In this document: one piece after another, positions 1-10,200 of the stretch
How the letters are laid out: each line of letters starts with the position of its first letter
How positions within the stretch are numbered: the first letter of the stretch is position 1
DNA from: a virus
Virus record (IMG/VR): IMGVR_UViG_3300048800_000035
Coordinates: 35,701-99,700 of that record
Length of the DNA stretch: 64,000 bases
Direction: 5' to 3' (one strand)
The notes under the pieces: generated by a model
The model's database searches: none
What the model was told of the DNA's origin: nothing
Seen by the model: only the letters and a program-made list of their open reading frames with translations
Program-made: the position numbers and the translations under genes

Positions 1-1
1 T

Positions 2-670
2 ATTGAGGCAGGTGGTGGCAAGGATGGCATTGATGTTGAGCCAGTTGTTTTACCTGTAAACTCTTATTTGGGAGAAGAATACATCGCCGCGATGAAACTT
101 GCTGGCCGATATGCCTACGCTGGCCGAGATTGGGTCGTCGGGAAAGTGGCGTCTATTCTTAGCGCAGAGATTGTAGAAACGGTTCACAATCACCACAACT
201 TTGCGTGGAAAGAAACGGCACCGGACGGTGATGAGGTTTGGGTTGTTCGCAAGGGAGCTACGCCATCACAGCCGGGACAGAAAGGCTTTATCGGCGGAAC
301 GATGGGGGATATTTCTGTAATTATCGAAGGTGTAGACGGACGGGAAAGTCGCGACTCTCTTTACTCAACTGTTCACGGCGCAGGACGGGTAATGAGCCGA
401 ACTAGGGCGGCTGGCAGGAAACGCTTTGATAAGAGAACTAAGCAGTTTGTCCGCATCGGTGAGGGGGAAATCAGTCGCGATGCCATGATGAAGCGCCTAG
501 AACGATTCAATACTGTCCTGCGCGGTGCCGATGTAGACGAAGCGCCTCAATGCTATAAAGACATTGAGGCGGTATTAGATGCCCACAAACACACAATCAA
601 GATTTTGCACACCTTACACCCGATGGGCGTGGCGATGGCTGGTAATGAGTTCGATCCTTGGAAAGATTAG
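2..670 (+). CDS. rtcB: RtcB-type RNA ligase (3'-phosphate/5'-OH RNA splicing ligase), 5' end truncated by window
   Basis: Open frame runs back to the window edge (IEAGGGKDGIDVEPVVLPVNSYLGEEY...). Motifs VVRKGATPSQPGQKGFIGGTMGD, STVHGAGRVMSR and EEAPQCYKDIEAVLDAH-like segment match the RtcB C-terminal half. Confidence 0.92.
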   Translation: MEAGGGKDGIDVEPVVLPVNSYLGEEYIAAMKLAGRYAYAGRDWVVGKVASILSAEIVETVHNHHNFAWKETAPDGDEVWVVRKGATPSQPGQKGFIGGTMGDISVIIEGVDGRESRDSLYSTVHGAGRVMSRTRAAGRKRFDKRTKQFVRIGEGEISRDAMMKRLERFNTVLRGADVDEAPQCYKDIEAVLDAHKHTIKILHTLHPMGVAMAGNEFDPWKD

Positions 671-743
671 GTCAAGAACTCCGCTGTCATCCGAGAGCTT
701 AGAGTCTCCTATGTCGGAGTAATTGTAGGCCGGGAGTGTCACG

Positions 744-1277
744 TTATTTTACCCAAATGCTATCTTCTGGAAACTCAGCAAACAAATCTCCATCAACATC
801 TGTAAAATGTTTGCCGGAATCCGTCAGAAGGTCCATGATGAATGCCGACCATTGCTCGTTTGGTCTGGTAATCTTGAATTCGGAGTCATTCAACCTGTCC
901 CACACGAGTTTGAACTGACCCGCCGACATGGTGAAGGTGCCGGTGCGAGTATCGTCCAGGTTGGCAATACGGGTCCGAAGCGGTGCCCACTGCGCGTCAA
1001 GTCGGGCCGATAAGCCACCGCCCTGTTGTCCCGCTGGCGGTGGAGGTGCCCAATACGCAATTGTCTCAAGATGGATTTTATCGTGAATGTAATTAGATTC
1101 TGGCAAGGCCTGGACGCCACCAAATATGTTGAACAGCGCCTGCCTCGGGTCTGGTGCTTTCAATGCGTCATTCACTAGGGTGCGTGGCACTACCAAGTTT
1201 TCCTTCGCCGTCTGTACGGCCCGTTGCTTAAGATTTAGCCTAATAACGGTTCCCTCTGCCATATTATTCCTCTCCAT
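744..1277 (-). CDS. hypothetical phage protein
   Basis: 177 aa ORF collinear with the structural operon, immediately downstream of the fibre-like gene. Confidence 0.6.
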   Translation of the reverse strand: MERNNMAEGTVIRLNLKQRAVQTAKENLVVPRTLVNDALKAPDPRQALFNIFGGVQALPESNYIHDKIHLETIAYWAPPPPAGQQGGGLSARLDAQWAPLRTRIANLDDTRTGTFTMSAGQFKLVWDRLNDSEFKITRPNEQWSAFIMDLLTDSGKHFTDVDGDLFAEFPEDSIWVK

Positions 1278-1344
1278 ATTTGTGTCGCAGGATTGCGACC
1301 CAAATCATTTTACCATCGTTTTCTACTGTCACTAGGTCTGCAAC

Positions 1345-3987
1345 CTAACTCATAACTCCATCTGCAACCAGGGCGGCACGAATAGCTACAACCATTGCAT
1401 ACAGCGCCGAGGCGTGGCCAGCAGTATCGAACCCGTTGGCCCCTGCTCCGTAGGTCGCCAGCGCGCCGCCGCTGGCATATGCGGTCTGGGCAGAGGTACC
1501 GTTAACGCCTAGTCCGCCCGTCATCGTGAGTGCGCCACTTCCCTTGATATCGCCAGTACCAGCCCCGGTTGCAGTGCCAACGTCTAGACCACCAGCCAGT
1601 GCTACCTCACCAGATTGCACCCAGAAGGCGTGAAGTCGTGTAGCCGTCAGAACGCCACCGCTAATAGAGGGTGCGTCAGTAATAGCCATCGTAGCTACAT
1701 CCGAAATAGTAGTGGCAATAGAAGTAAGTCCATAAATAGGAGCGCGAACCACAAATCCGCGTAACGCAGCCAGTGTTCCGCCTGGGCCGGATGCCCCGCT
1801 TTGCAACAAGCCCATATCGAAATCAATGTGAATTTCCTCAGTACTATAAGAAACTAGGGTATGCCCAGCAGTTTTTACATACAGAGTTTTTACTGGATTA
1901 ACAAGGACAGCCGCAAGTGGGGATACAGTAAGGGTAAGGTTATCAAACATAAATTGGGTACTACCAGCAACGGTAGTAGCATTGGCCCAAATAGCAATAT
2001 TAGGGAAGGCTGGTCCGACGCCAATGTAAACATTTCCCGGAGAATCCGGGACCCATTTTGTCCCATCATATTTTAGATACTTTCCGCTGGCTACGCCGGT
2101 AGCGTCAAATTCCATAGCCGTGTCGAATTTTACGGTATTTCCGTTCCAAATTTGAGTCGCGGCGGATTGGTTCAATTGTCCCGAGGCCAATGACACGTTT
2201 CCAGACTCAACTAATATAGCATACGAATTGGTGATCGTTAGACCGCTGGCGATAGGCGCTCCACTAATATCCAGGGTGGCCGCTGTTGCCAGGGTGTCTG
2301 ATCCGCTACTATTGGCATAGGTTGGAGCAACAATGTATACGGCTCGTTGTAAAGACGGTACTGAGCCATGCGTAAATGTTACCGTACCATTAAGGAAATA
2401 TATAGATTTGTATTCGGCTACCCGACTGGTATGATTCCCGACAGCGACGTACAGGGCGGGGCTGGCCGAAGAACCTCCGCTGTATGCCGTCTGTGATATT
2501 TGTAAACTTCCGTCAACTACGGGCGTAACGCCGCCCCCAACCATAACTGGGCCTACGAACTGCGACGTTCCGCCGTCTACCCGTAAGGCATAGCCATTAG
2601 TTATAGTTAAGCCACTGGCAATCGGCGCTCCGGAAATTGACACCGTGGTGGCCAGGGTTATAGAGTCCGATCCGGTACTGTTAGCATAAGTGGGGGCCTG
2701 AAAATAGACTGCTCGCTGTGTAGAGGGTACGAATCCGTGAGTAAAAGTAACGGTCCTGGCCAAATTGAAATTTACGTCGATGACCTCAGCAACTTGGGCT
2801 ACGTTAGCAACACCCGTAATTTGTAGTACCGTAGCACCACCAGTGACAGCTACCGGCGCAATTGTTAACGTCTTAGTATCCCAGGTAAGAGATGATCCAC
2901 TTGTGATGACAGATGGGGCCGAGAAGTAAGTTATTTGCGAGGCCGCTCCGCTTCCCGTTACGGTTCCACCTGCCCCCCCGGAATCATCATATTCAATCCA
3001 GTTAGATAAATTTATTGTTGCTCCGACCTGGCTGTTGTCGATAACGGTGTAATACTCATTGGGAAGTACAAGTCCGCCTAGTCCGATCTTCTCGGAGTCA
3101 GCCACGCCAGACATTTGAAACTCATCTATGATGTTGGTTGGGGGGCTGGCAGCGCCAGTCTTGAATTGCAGGTCGGCTTGTGCCACAATAGTTGTAGAGG
3201 CACCATAGACGGCAGAGATAAAGCGTGTTAGGCCTCCATTGGCGTAAGTAACCCCCGTGAATCTATTGGAGAGTTGAATGGCCGAAGTCCAGCCGCTTCC
3301 CGTCATGCCAATCGTGACACAGCCCGCAGTACTGGTTTCTACCGACGCACCGGTACCAGCCAACACCGACAAGATGCCTTTGTGAATGTGATTACTTGGG
3401 GCGCTAACAGATGCTCCACCAGCCTTGGGAGATGCGCCAACACCTGCCGGGGTATCGGTAGAATTGTTTGCCCCCCCCGCGCTTCCCCCGTAGAAGGTAA
3501 TCGAGCCGCCAGATTGACTGATAGAGGCATTTGTTCCGGGGAGGAACACTATCCCACCGTAAGAGGGTGCATTGCCAGATGCGGAGATTGTGACAACACC
3601 TTGGTGGGTATGGTCGCTTCTAACACTAGACGCACTTGTGCCAGCCAATCCCGATCCACTTACATTGGCTGGCGTAGTCGTGGACAGCTTGGGAATGTTA
3701 TCGTTGAATACACTAAAGTGAAGCGGGGAAATTCTTTCCGATACACGTTCTCCCGCAGCGTGAGTTACAGCCGTGGTTCCGTTTGCCGCCCTGGTCAAAC
3801 TTGAAAAGGTGTCCCCACTCCTGCTCCCGACAACGATACATTCTGCTTGGATATAAATGACAAAGTTGCTGGTAGAAAAGTTTGCACCCGCACCAGAAAA
3901 TACGGTAAGGGACGTATCTCCGGCGACGATACCAGTCAGTAACCAAGCGTCTCCACTTGGGGAGAAGTTGTAAATCGGGAATGTCAT
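1345..3987 (-). CDS. large modular tail fibre / virion surface protein
   Basis: 880 aa, beta-rich low-charge sequence, SDHTHQG and SNHIHKG motifs, internal repeats, module shared with 4597..7281. Confidence 0.7.
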   Translation of the reverse strand: MTFPIYNFSPSGDAWLLTGIVAGDTSLTVFSGAGANFSTSNFVIYIQAECIVVGSRSGDTFSSLTRAANGTTAVTHAAGERVSERISPLHFSVFNDNIPKLSTTTPANVSGSGLAGTSASSVRSDHTHQGVVTISASGNAPSYGGIVFLPGTNASISQSGGSITFYGGSAGGANNSTDTPAGVGASPKAGGASVSAPSNHIHKGILSVLAGTGASVETSTAGCVTIGMTGSGWTSAIQLSNRFTGVTYANGGLTRFISAVYGASTTIVAQADLQFKTGAASPPTNIIDEFQMSGVADSEKIGLGGLVLPNEYYTVIDNSQVGATINLSNWIEYDDSGGAGGTVTGSGAASQITYFSAPSVITSGSSLTWDTKTLTIAPVAVTGGATVLQITGVANVAQVAEVIDVNFNLARTVTFTHGFVPSTQRAVYFQAPTYANSTGSDSITLATTVSISGAPIASGLTITNGYALRVDGGTSQFVGPVMVGGGVTPVVDGSLQISQTAYSGGSSASPALYVAVGNHTSRVAEYKSIYFLNGTVTFTHGSVPSLQRAVYIVAPTYANSSGSDTLATAATLDISGAPIASGLTITNSYAILVESGNVSLASGQLNQSAATQIWNGNTVKFDTAMEFDATGVASGKYLKYDGTKWVPDSPGNVYIGVGPAFPNIAIWANATTVAGSTQFMFDNLTLTVSPLAAVLVNPVKTLYVKTAGHTLVSYSTEEIHIDFDMGLLQSGASGPGGTLAALRGFVVRAPIYGLTSIATTISDVATMAITDAPSISGGVLTATRLHAFWVQSGEVALAGGLDVGTATGAGTGDIKGSGALTMTGGLGVNGTSAQTAYASGGALATYGAGANGFDTAGHASALYAMVVAIRAALVADGVMS

Positions 3988-4587
3988 TTATCCAATCCCA
4001 TACGAGCGATAGATCGGTGTGATGTACTGAACGCCCGCCGAGTTCACTTTTTCCACTGTCAAGTTTCCGAAGCAAGCCCCTGGCCCAAAGTCAACAATCA
4101 CCGTCTCGGAATTTTGGCTGTAGGAAACGTGAGTGAGCGAGGCCAGTCCATTCATCACACGAGTCTGCGCTCCTGCAACTCCTCCGCAGGTAGCACACAC
4201 GATCCGATATAAAATTCCAGAGTTAGTTGTCACAACGTCATGCGACGTTGCAACAAAAGCACAGGTCGTGGCTGACAAACTCGTGGTAAAGACTGCGCCT
4301 CTGTCATCTGCGCGAATCGGAATTGGGCCTCCAAAACTAATTGCTGACGGATTCAAAGTCAGGGCACCCATCATCAAGTCGCCAACAACTGCGGTTTCCA
4401 ACTTGCTACCAGCAAGCGCACCGGCAGAAAACATGGCACTGTAGTTCTTGCCGTTGGCGATCTTGGTTCCGATGCCGGCGATAAGGCTGAAATCATTTTG
4501 GGAGGTCGCTAGGTCGATTAATCCGGCGAATTTAGCACCCCCTTGGTCGCGGGGTAAACTGTCAGTAATTGCGTAGGCCGAAGTCAT
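3988..4587 (-). CDS. hypothetical virion-associated protein
   Basis: 199 aa ORF packed between two fibre-like genes. Confidence 0.6.
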   Translation of the reverse strand: MTSAYAITDSLPRDQGGAKFAGLIDLATSQNDFSLIAGIGTKIANGKNYSAMFSAGALAGSKLETAVVGDLMMGALTLNPSAISFGGPIPIRADDRGAVFTTSLSATTCAFVATSHDVVTTNSGILYRIVCATCGGVAGAQTRVMNGLASLTHVSYSQNSETVIVDFGPGACFGNLTVEKVNSAGVQYITPIYRSYGIG

Positions 4588-4596
4588 GTTGTTCTC

Positions 4597-7281
4597 CTAA
4601 GAACTTATTTGCCCTTCCAGATACATATTTGAATAGGATGCGTTTGTAGACCCGTATTGCATCCCGATAATATAATGATAGCCCGGCGTCGAAAACCTTG
4701 GTGATTGTATGGTAGCGTTACCACGGTCGCCCCCAACAGGAACAAGGGCCGTTCCATAATACCCAGCCCCCGGCGGTGTTGCTCCGCCCACGCCCAATGC
4801 TAAATAGGCATTTGCGCTGGCACTTGCGATTGACATTAATAGGGTAGATGGAATAGATGTGTCATATAAGTTTCCAATTATAAATTCTATTTTGGCCGAC
4901 GCCGTGGAGTTGTTATAGTTTCGCCACGCAGCAGTTCCGTAAGTGTGACCAGATACATTCCCGGTATACATTTCTCGGCGAACACGATTATGCTGGTTCC
5001 AGACAAAGCGACGTACAAGGGAATCCTCTGTCTGCCCCGATGTTCCGGTTATTCGTATGGTTCCCAATAAAGCCCGCGTTCTATTGGACGCCTCCGCTTG
5101 AATACCATCCTGTGCCGATGTTGCATTGACTCTGGCAATATCATTTACATTCCACCGAGTAGAAAGTAAGCTCAATTCAGCGGAGTTCTGGTATCCCCAT
5201 ATATCGTAATTTGAATTTGGGGAAAGGCTGGAAATGTTCAGACTGGCCGCGTTGAAGGTGATTGTATTCCAGACACTTGCTGGTGTATAAAGACTAACCT
5301 GATTGCCAACATAGGGCACATACCAAATGGCACTGGTTCCAACCGTATCAACTGATGGGATAGCATTGCTACCGTCATTTGTAAGGCGCCCATTGAAAAC
5401 CCTATTAACAATCGCGGGCGCAGGTGCTCCCCCGTAGTCGTCATACTCAGTCCACTTATACAGGTTGATTGAGGCCCCTGCCTGGCTATTATCAATAACG
5501 GTGTAAAACTCATTTGGCAAAACAACTCCGGTTAGACCAAATTTCTCCGCGTCGGCCACGCCAGACATTTGGAATTCATCAACGATGTTGGTTGGGGGAC
5601 TGGTGGCTCCTGTTTTCAATTGTAAGTCTGCTTGGGCCAGAACCGTTGTACTGGCCGCATAAGCTGCCGTAAAGATTCTAGTCAGACTTCCGTTGGCATA
5701 GGTAACATTAGTTGATCTATTGGCGAGTTGGATAGCCGACGCCCAACCACTGCCTGCCATGCTGATAGTTGCACAACCTGCCGCGCTAATCTCAACCGAC
5801 GCGCCGTTCCCGGCCAGAACAGATAGTATTCCATTATGGATATGGTCTGATGGGGCAGCCGAGGCAGACGTTCCGGCAGTCGGTGATGTTCCAATTCCCG
5901 CAGGGGTTACGGTGCCAAGTGCTGCCCCGGTTCCAACTATGGTAATGCTTCCTCCATTTTGCGATAGCGAAGCACCTGTTCCCGCTAGTAGAAACACGTT
6001 CCCTTGCAGTGGAGAAGCGCCCGCAACCATGATGGAGGAAACCGAAGGACCGCCACCACCTCCCGAGGCAGAGATTAGAATAGAAGTTCCGGATTGGGCG
6101 ACCGTGGTGCCCGTACCGGATTCAATTCGCACTGGTCCGTATAAAAGGGCATTCCCAGGAACATTTACAGATTGTACGCCTCTGTGAACATGGTCCCCAT
6201 GCGCGGCGGAGGCACTTACACCTACAGTGGACGCCGAACCTGTGTCTATTGGCCCCGTAGGATCAACTACTAACCCTCCGGCAGCAGCAGGGTTTCCGGG
6301 TATCCACCTGTTTGTTGCGGTGTCAAAAATTAATGCTTGTGCATTCAAAGCCCCGCTGACATTGACGTTTGTTAGGCCGCCTAACGTTCTGTCTAAATCC
6401 GAGACAGTAGAAGCGCCCGCGCCAGTGGTGGCGATAGAAGGTTCGTTGCCTGAATAGCCCTCTAGTTGCCGAAGTCTGTCTAGAATATTCAGCATCGGCG
6501 GATTGACGTGCAAGCGGGCATCGCCAATAGCATTGTTGATTGCTTGCCAATCCAAGGACGTTGTACTGGAAACTAAAATAGCATAGCCGAGTGGGAATTC
6601 ATTGCCAGCAGGTGCGGGAACCCTAGCAAAGGAAAAGGTTGTAAAGTTGAATGGTGGACCGGGGGAAATAAATGGACTACCGGGACGATAGACCAAAGAA
6701 TTTGTTGTCGGGTCAAGGGCAATTAGCACATAGACTGCCCTTCCAGTCGGGGGCAAGAAAGTTGCCAAGGAGGCCGTATTGCCTCCCGCAAATTGGCTCC
6801 ATGTGTTGTAGAAATAAATAAACGGCAGTACGGTCAACTGCATCGACGCAGGAGAGGTTGGAGTTACCAATCCGGGCTTGAATAGAATCCCATCAATGTG
6901 GACATCATCTCCGCCGCCGAATTCATGCTGATGATGGTGTGGTCCAAGGATAGAAACATTCGACGCCGAAATGTTTCCAAGACCTCCTGCGTGGATGCCT
7001 AATACTTGTTCTGTGCGAGGTTCGTCCTGTTTGTAGCCTATGACAACTGGTAGATTGAATTGCGGGACAACAGCATTTCTATTCAGAATGGGGAAAAAGC
7101 GGGCATCTTGGGGTGTGCTTCGCGCCCATAGTGTAGTCGAGCCGCTATCGCCCGGAACGTACATATTGGAAGCAGCATAGCCCCTTCCGTCTCCCAAAAA
7201 CGCATAGCGATACGGCGTAATAGAGAGTTTCTGGGACTGGTTATCTTGGTATTTCTGGCGAACATCTTTTAGGCTTGGCAT
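4597..7281 (-). CDS. large modular tail fibre-like protein
   Basis: 894 aa with HGDHVHRG and SDHIHNG motifs; residues ~458-616 closely resemble residues ~178-336 of the 880 aa ORF. Confidence 0.7.
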   Translation of the reverse strand: MPSLKDVRQKYQDNQSQKLSITPYRYAFLGDGRGYAASNMYVPGDSGSTTLWARSTPQDARFFPILNRNAVVPQFNLPVVIGYKQDEPRTEQVLGIHAGGLGNISASNVSILGPHHHQHEFGGGDDVHIDGILFKPGLVTPTSPASMQLTVLPFIYFYNTWSQFAGGNTASLATFLPPTGRAVYVLIALDPTTNSLVYRPGSPFISPGPPFNFTTFSFARVPAPAGNEFPLGYAILVSSTTSLDWQAINNAIGDARLHVNPPMLNILDRLRQLEGYSGNEPSIATTGAGASTVSDLDRTLGGLTNVNVSGALNAQALIFDTATNRWIPGNPAAAGGLVVDPTGPIDTGSASTVGVSASAAHGDHVHRGVQSVNVPGNALLYGPVRIESGTGTTVAQSGTSILISASGGGGGPSVSSIMVAGASPLQGNVFLLAGTGASLSQNGGSITIVGTGAALGTVTPAGIGTSPTAGTSASAAPSDHIHNGILSVLAGNGASVEISAAGCATISMAGSGWASAIQLANRSTNVTYANGSLTRIFTAAYAASTTVLAQADLQLKTGATSPPTNIVDEFQMSGVADAEKFGLTGVVLPNEFYTVIDNSQAGASINLYKWTEYDDYGGAPAPAIVNRVFNGRLTNDGSNAIPSVDTVGTSAIWYVPYVGNQVSLYTPASVWNTITFNAASLNISSLSPNSNYDIWGYQNSAELSLLSTRWNVNDIARVNATSAQDGIQAEASNRTRALLGTIRITGTSGQTEDSLVRRFVWNQHNRVRREMYTGNVSGHTYGTAAWRNYNNSTASAKIEFIIGNLYDTSIPSTLLMSIASASANAYLALGVGGATPPGAGYYGTALVPVGGDRGNATIQSPRFSTPGYHYIIGMQYGSTNASYSNMYLEGQISS

Positions 7282-7282
7282 G

Positions 7283-10200
7283 TTACGCGGCTAGCCATTC
7301 TGGAACTATATACACTGGATAATTAGAGGACGTGATGGGCCACGTTCCAAGGACTGCAACCCAGTTGCCTATCTTGTCCTGTACGCCCGAGGCAAACATA
7401 TCCGAGGTGTAGTAAATAGAATCTCCCAAAAAGAAAACCCTGTTGGCATCCATCGGCCATCGTCCAATCGACATGATCCCAAAAATATTATTGTTGACGG
7501 CATCGTAAACATTTGACCATGTAGCACCGCTGTCTCTTGACCGATAAATTCTTGAGTGGGTTTCGGTGTTTCCCGGTATGGTTCCAGCAATAATGTCTGT
7601 AGAGTCTTGAGTGGCGACATTGACAATGAATCTGGCACGGGTTACGGGTGTTAACTGTGCTACAGCGCCAGATATAGCGACAATGGATGTCAATGTAGAG
7701 TAAGACGCTCCTGTATTTGTGCTATTCTCAAAATACCAACTCGATGTGCCGTCCTCAAAAAATACCATTGTGGCATTTGAACCCGGAAAGGACGTGTCAA
7801 AGTCAAAGGCACCATGCGTGGGCGAGGAAAGCGACGAAACCGTCAATACGCCTCCGCTAACCGCCATGCTGTATAAGGTAGAAGTTACCCCAGGCTGTCC
7901 CGAAAAATATAGCACCCATCCCTTAGTTGGGTCTGAGAAGTTCTGCATCATGCGGCGAGTAGAATTATTCGCGCCTGCGCCCTGGGTCCTAGCATAATTG
8001 TTGTTTAGAGATGTAAGGACGGTGTTGCCATTATAAAGAATGTAAGTTACCCCGCCTCTAACCTGTCCCGCCCCCTGATTACTGTTCCACCCTAACCAGA
8101 GCAACCCCTGTTGGGTAATAGGACTGGTCATGCACTCAAACACCGCCCCAGTAATCGTTTCCCCGCCAAAAGTGGGAAAGGCATCGGCCATACCGTTAAT
8201 ACTAGAGGTTGTATATAGCGATGTCCAGGTGGGAGAATTGGTATTCAGGTTTGTGATAACGTATAAAGTCGAAACCGTTAAAGCATAACCCACGTTCACC
8301 GAGTCGTAAGAGTCCAAACAAAAAGCCACGATCTTATCGGGCAGAGAAATGGTGGTCATATCAGACCACGTTGGATTGGCATCAAGAAAGTTTCTGGTTC
8401 TGGCTAAATGGTTGTAGGTTGCCACGTAAACCGTATTGCCGTCTCCCAGACCAACCCCATTATCTTTGCAAGTTTTTGTAGCATCGTCCCAGTGTTGACC
8501 GGGAGGGCAATTATTTGGAGGTGGGGGCGGAGGCGGGGGAGATATAATCGAAGCCCCAGTCGGGTAAGTAAATGCACTTCCGCCAATCCCATTCACCACT
8601 GTCTCCGCTACCAGTTCCGTAGAAACGGAACGATGCTCCTGATTATATGTCACCGTTATTTCATACGGAATAAGGTTGCGGTTGTTCCAAGTAAAAGACC
8701 TTGGATCGTCTACCGCTGAAAGGCTCATCGTGATAAGCGACTGTGGAACAGGATCAATCCGGTTGTTTCCAACCAGAGGGATTCTAACGCTCTTGTAGGG
8801 ATTGTTGTCTTGCGCCCTTTTGTTTCCGGTCCACGTTATAAGAGTGTCTTGGTCCGGCGCGTACATATTGCGAGAGACTTCTTGTCTTTGCCCGAAGTAG
8901 CCCGACCAATCACCGGGACTCCAAGCGGCCAGCGGTATATAGGCTGCACCTTCTACTGCGTAAATCAAATACTGGGAATTTGTATCGCGGTGTTCATGGT
9001 CAATCTGTATTTGATCGCGCTGATCCTGGTAGCCAATATCCATGATCGTCGGGAGGGTAGAGGATGTGCCCGTTACTTGCGCGTCCAGCATTGCCCACAA
9101 GTTGCCTTGCATATCGAACGAGATCATTCCAAATCCCGCACCCTGATAAGTATATGCCAACTGATCGTATAAAGTTCCCTGGGCCAAGTCTTTATACGGG
9201 ATTTCCATTGTTGCAGCAACCCCAGAAGCGGGGTGGAAGTCAACCACATTTGCAATCGTTGACCGATACTTAGCAAGAACAATTCCAGCGCGGTCCAGGG
9301 TTAGTCCAGACGCCATGCTCCAATCCGAAGCGGCACTTCCCGACTCAAGGAACATATCGTAAGACTGGGAACGGTGGAGTTCTCCATCTTCCGATTCAAT
9401 TTGAAATGTTACTTGGTCGGTGAACGGGTCTATCTGTTGACTTTCCGTTACAACGCGACCAACCAATATAATATTGTCGCGCCCAAAGTAGTTTCCGCCA
9501 ACCGACGATCCCGCCGTTCCGTAAGATGCCTTCTCGAAAATGATGACTTTTGCACCGTCTGGAACAACTACCGATGTGGCAACTTCCCCGATGGAAACCC
9601 TGGTTTTATACCCGCCCTGCTTGTAGCCTCCGGTAATCTGATCGAAGGTGCAATCCATCGGTTGATAGCGTCCGCAAGTTCCAAAGCAAAACGTAAGGCG
9701 CTGGCCGATGTGGGAATTGCCATTCGAGTCGGTCACTTCCAGAGTGACAATACCCCCTAAGGGAGACGCATCGACATAAGTGATAACAATAGGGTTCTTA
9801 CTTGAACCTAATGCGCTGGTAACGGTCTGTCCATTTGGGAATGTCCACAACTGAGAGGTGATTGAGCCGCTGTGCTGTAAAGACAAGTCGCCAACGTAAC
9901 TTGCCAGCATCTTGCCGTTGTCCATAATCCCAACAGCAGGAGGCCCCATGATAACTTGTGGCCCATAAGACTTTGTTTGCGCCGTATAGGGGTCTTGGTC
10001 AATTCCCCAACGACTGGCCTGGGAATCGTAAATGGGATGAATAGACCAGATTCTATAATCCTCTACAACGGTGAGGCTGGTTGCACTTCCGAAGTTAACC
10101 AACCCCGATCCATACTCCGCCACTTCAATTAGACTCGCCCCAACATAGTCTCTCCTGACGCGCAGTTGCCCCGTATCGTAACGAGCGCCTTCACTTCCGA

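Noticed and set aside
3274-3804. 176-aa + strand ORF inside the fibre gene
   Set aside because: Antisense to the well-supported 1345..3987 minus-strand ORF, with a low-complexity arginine-rich product and no operon context.
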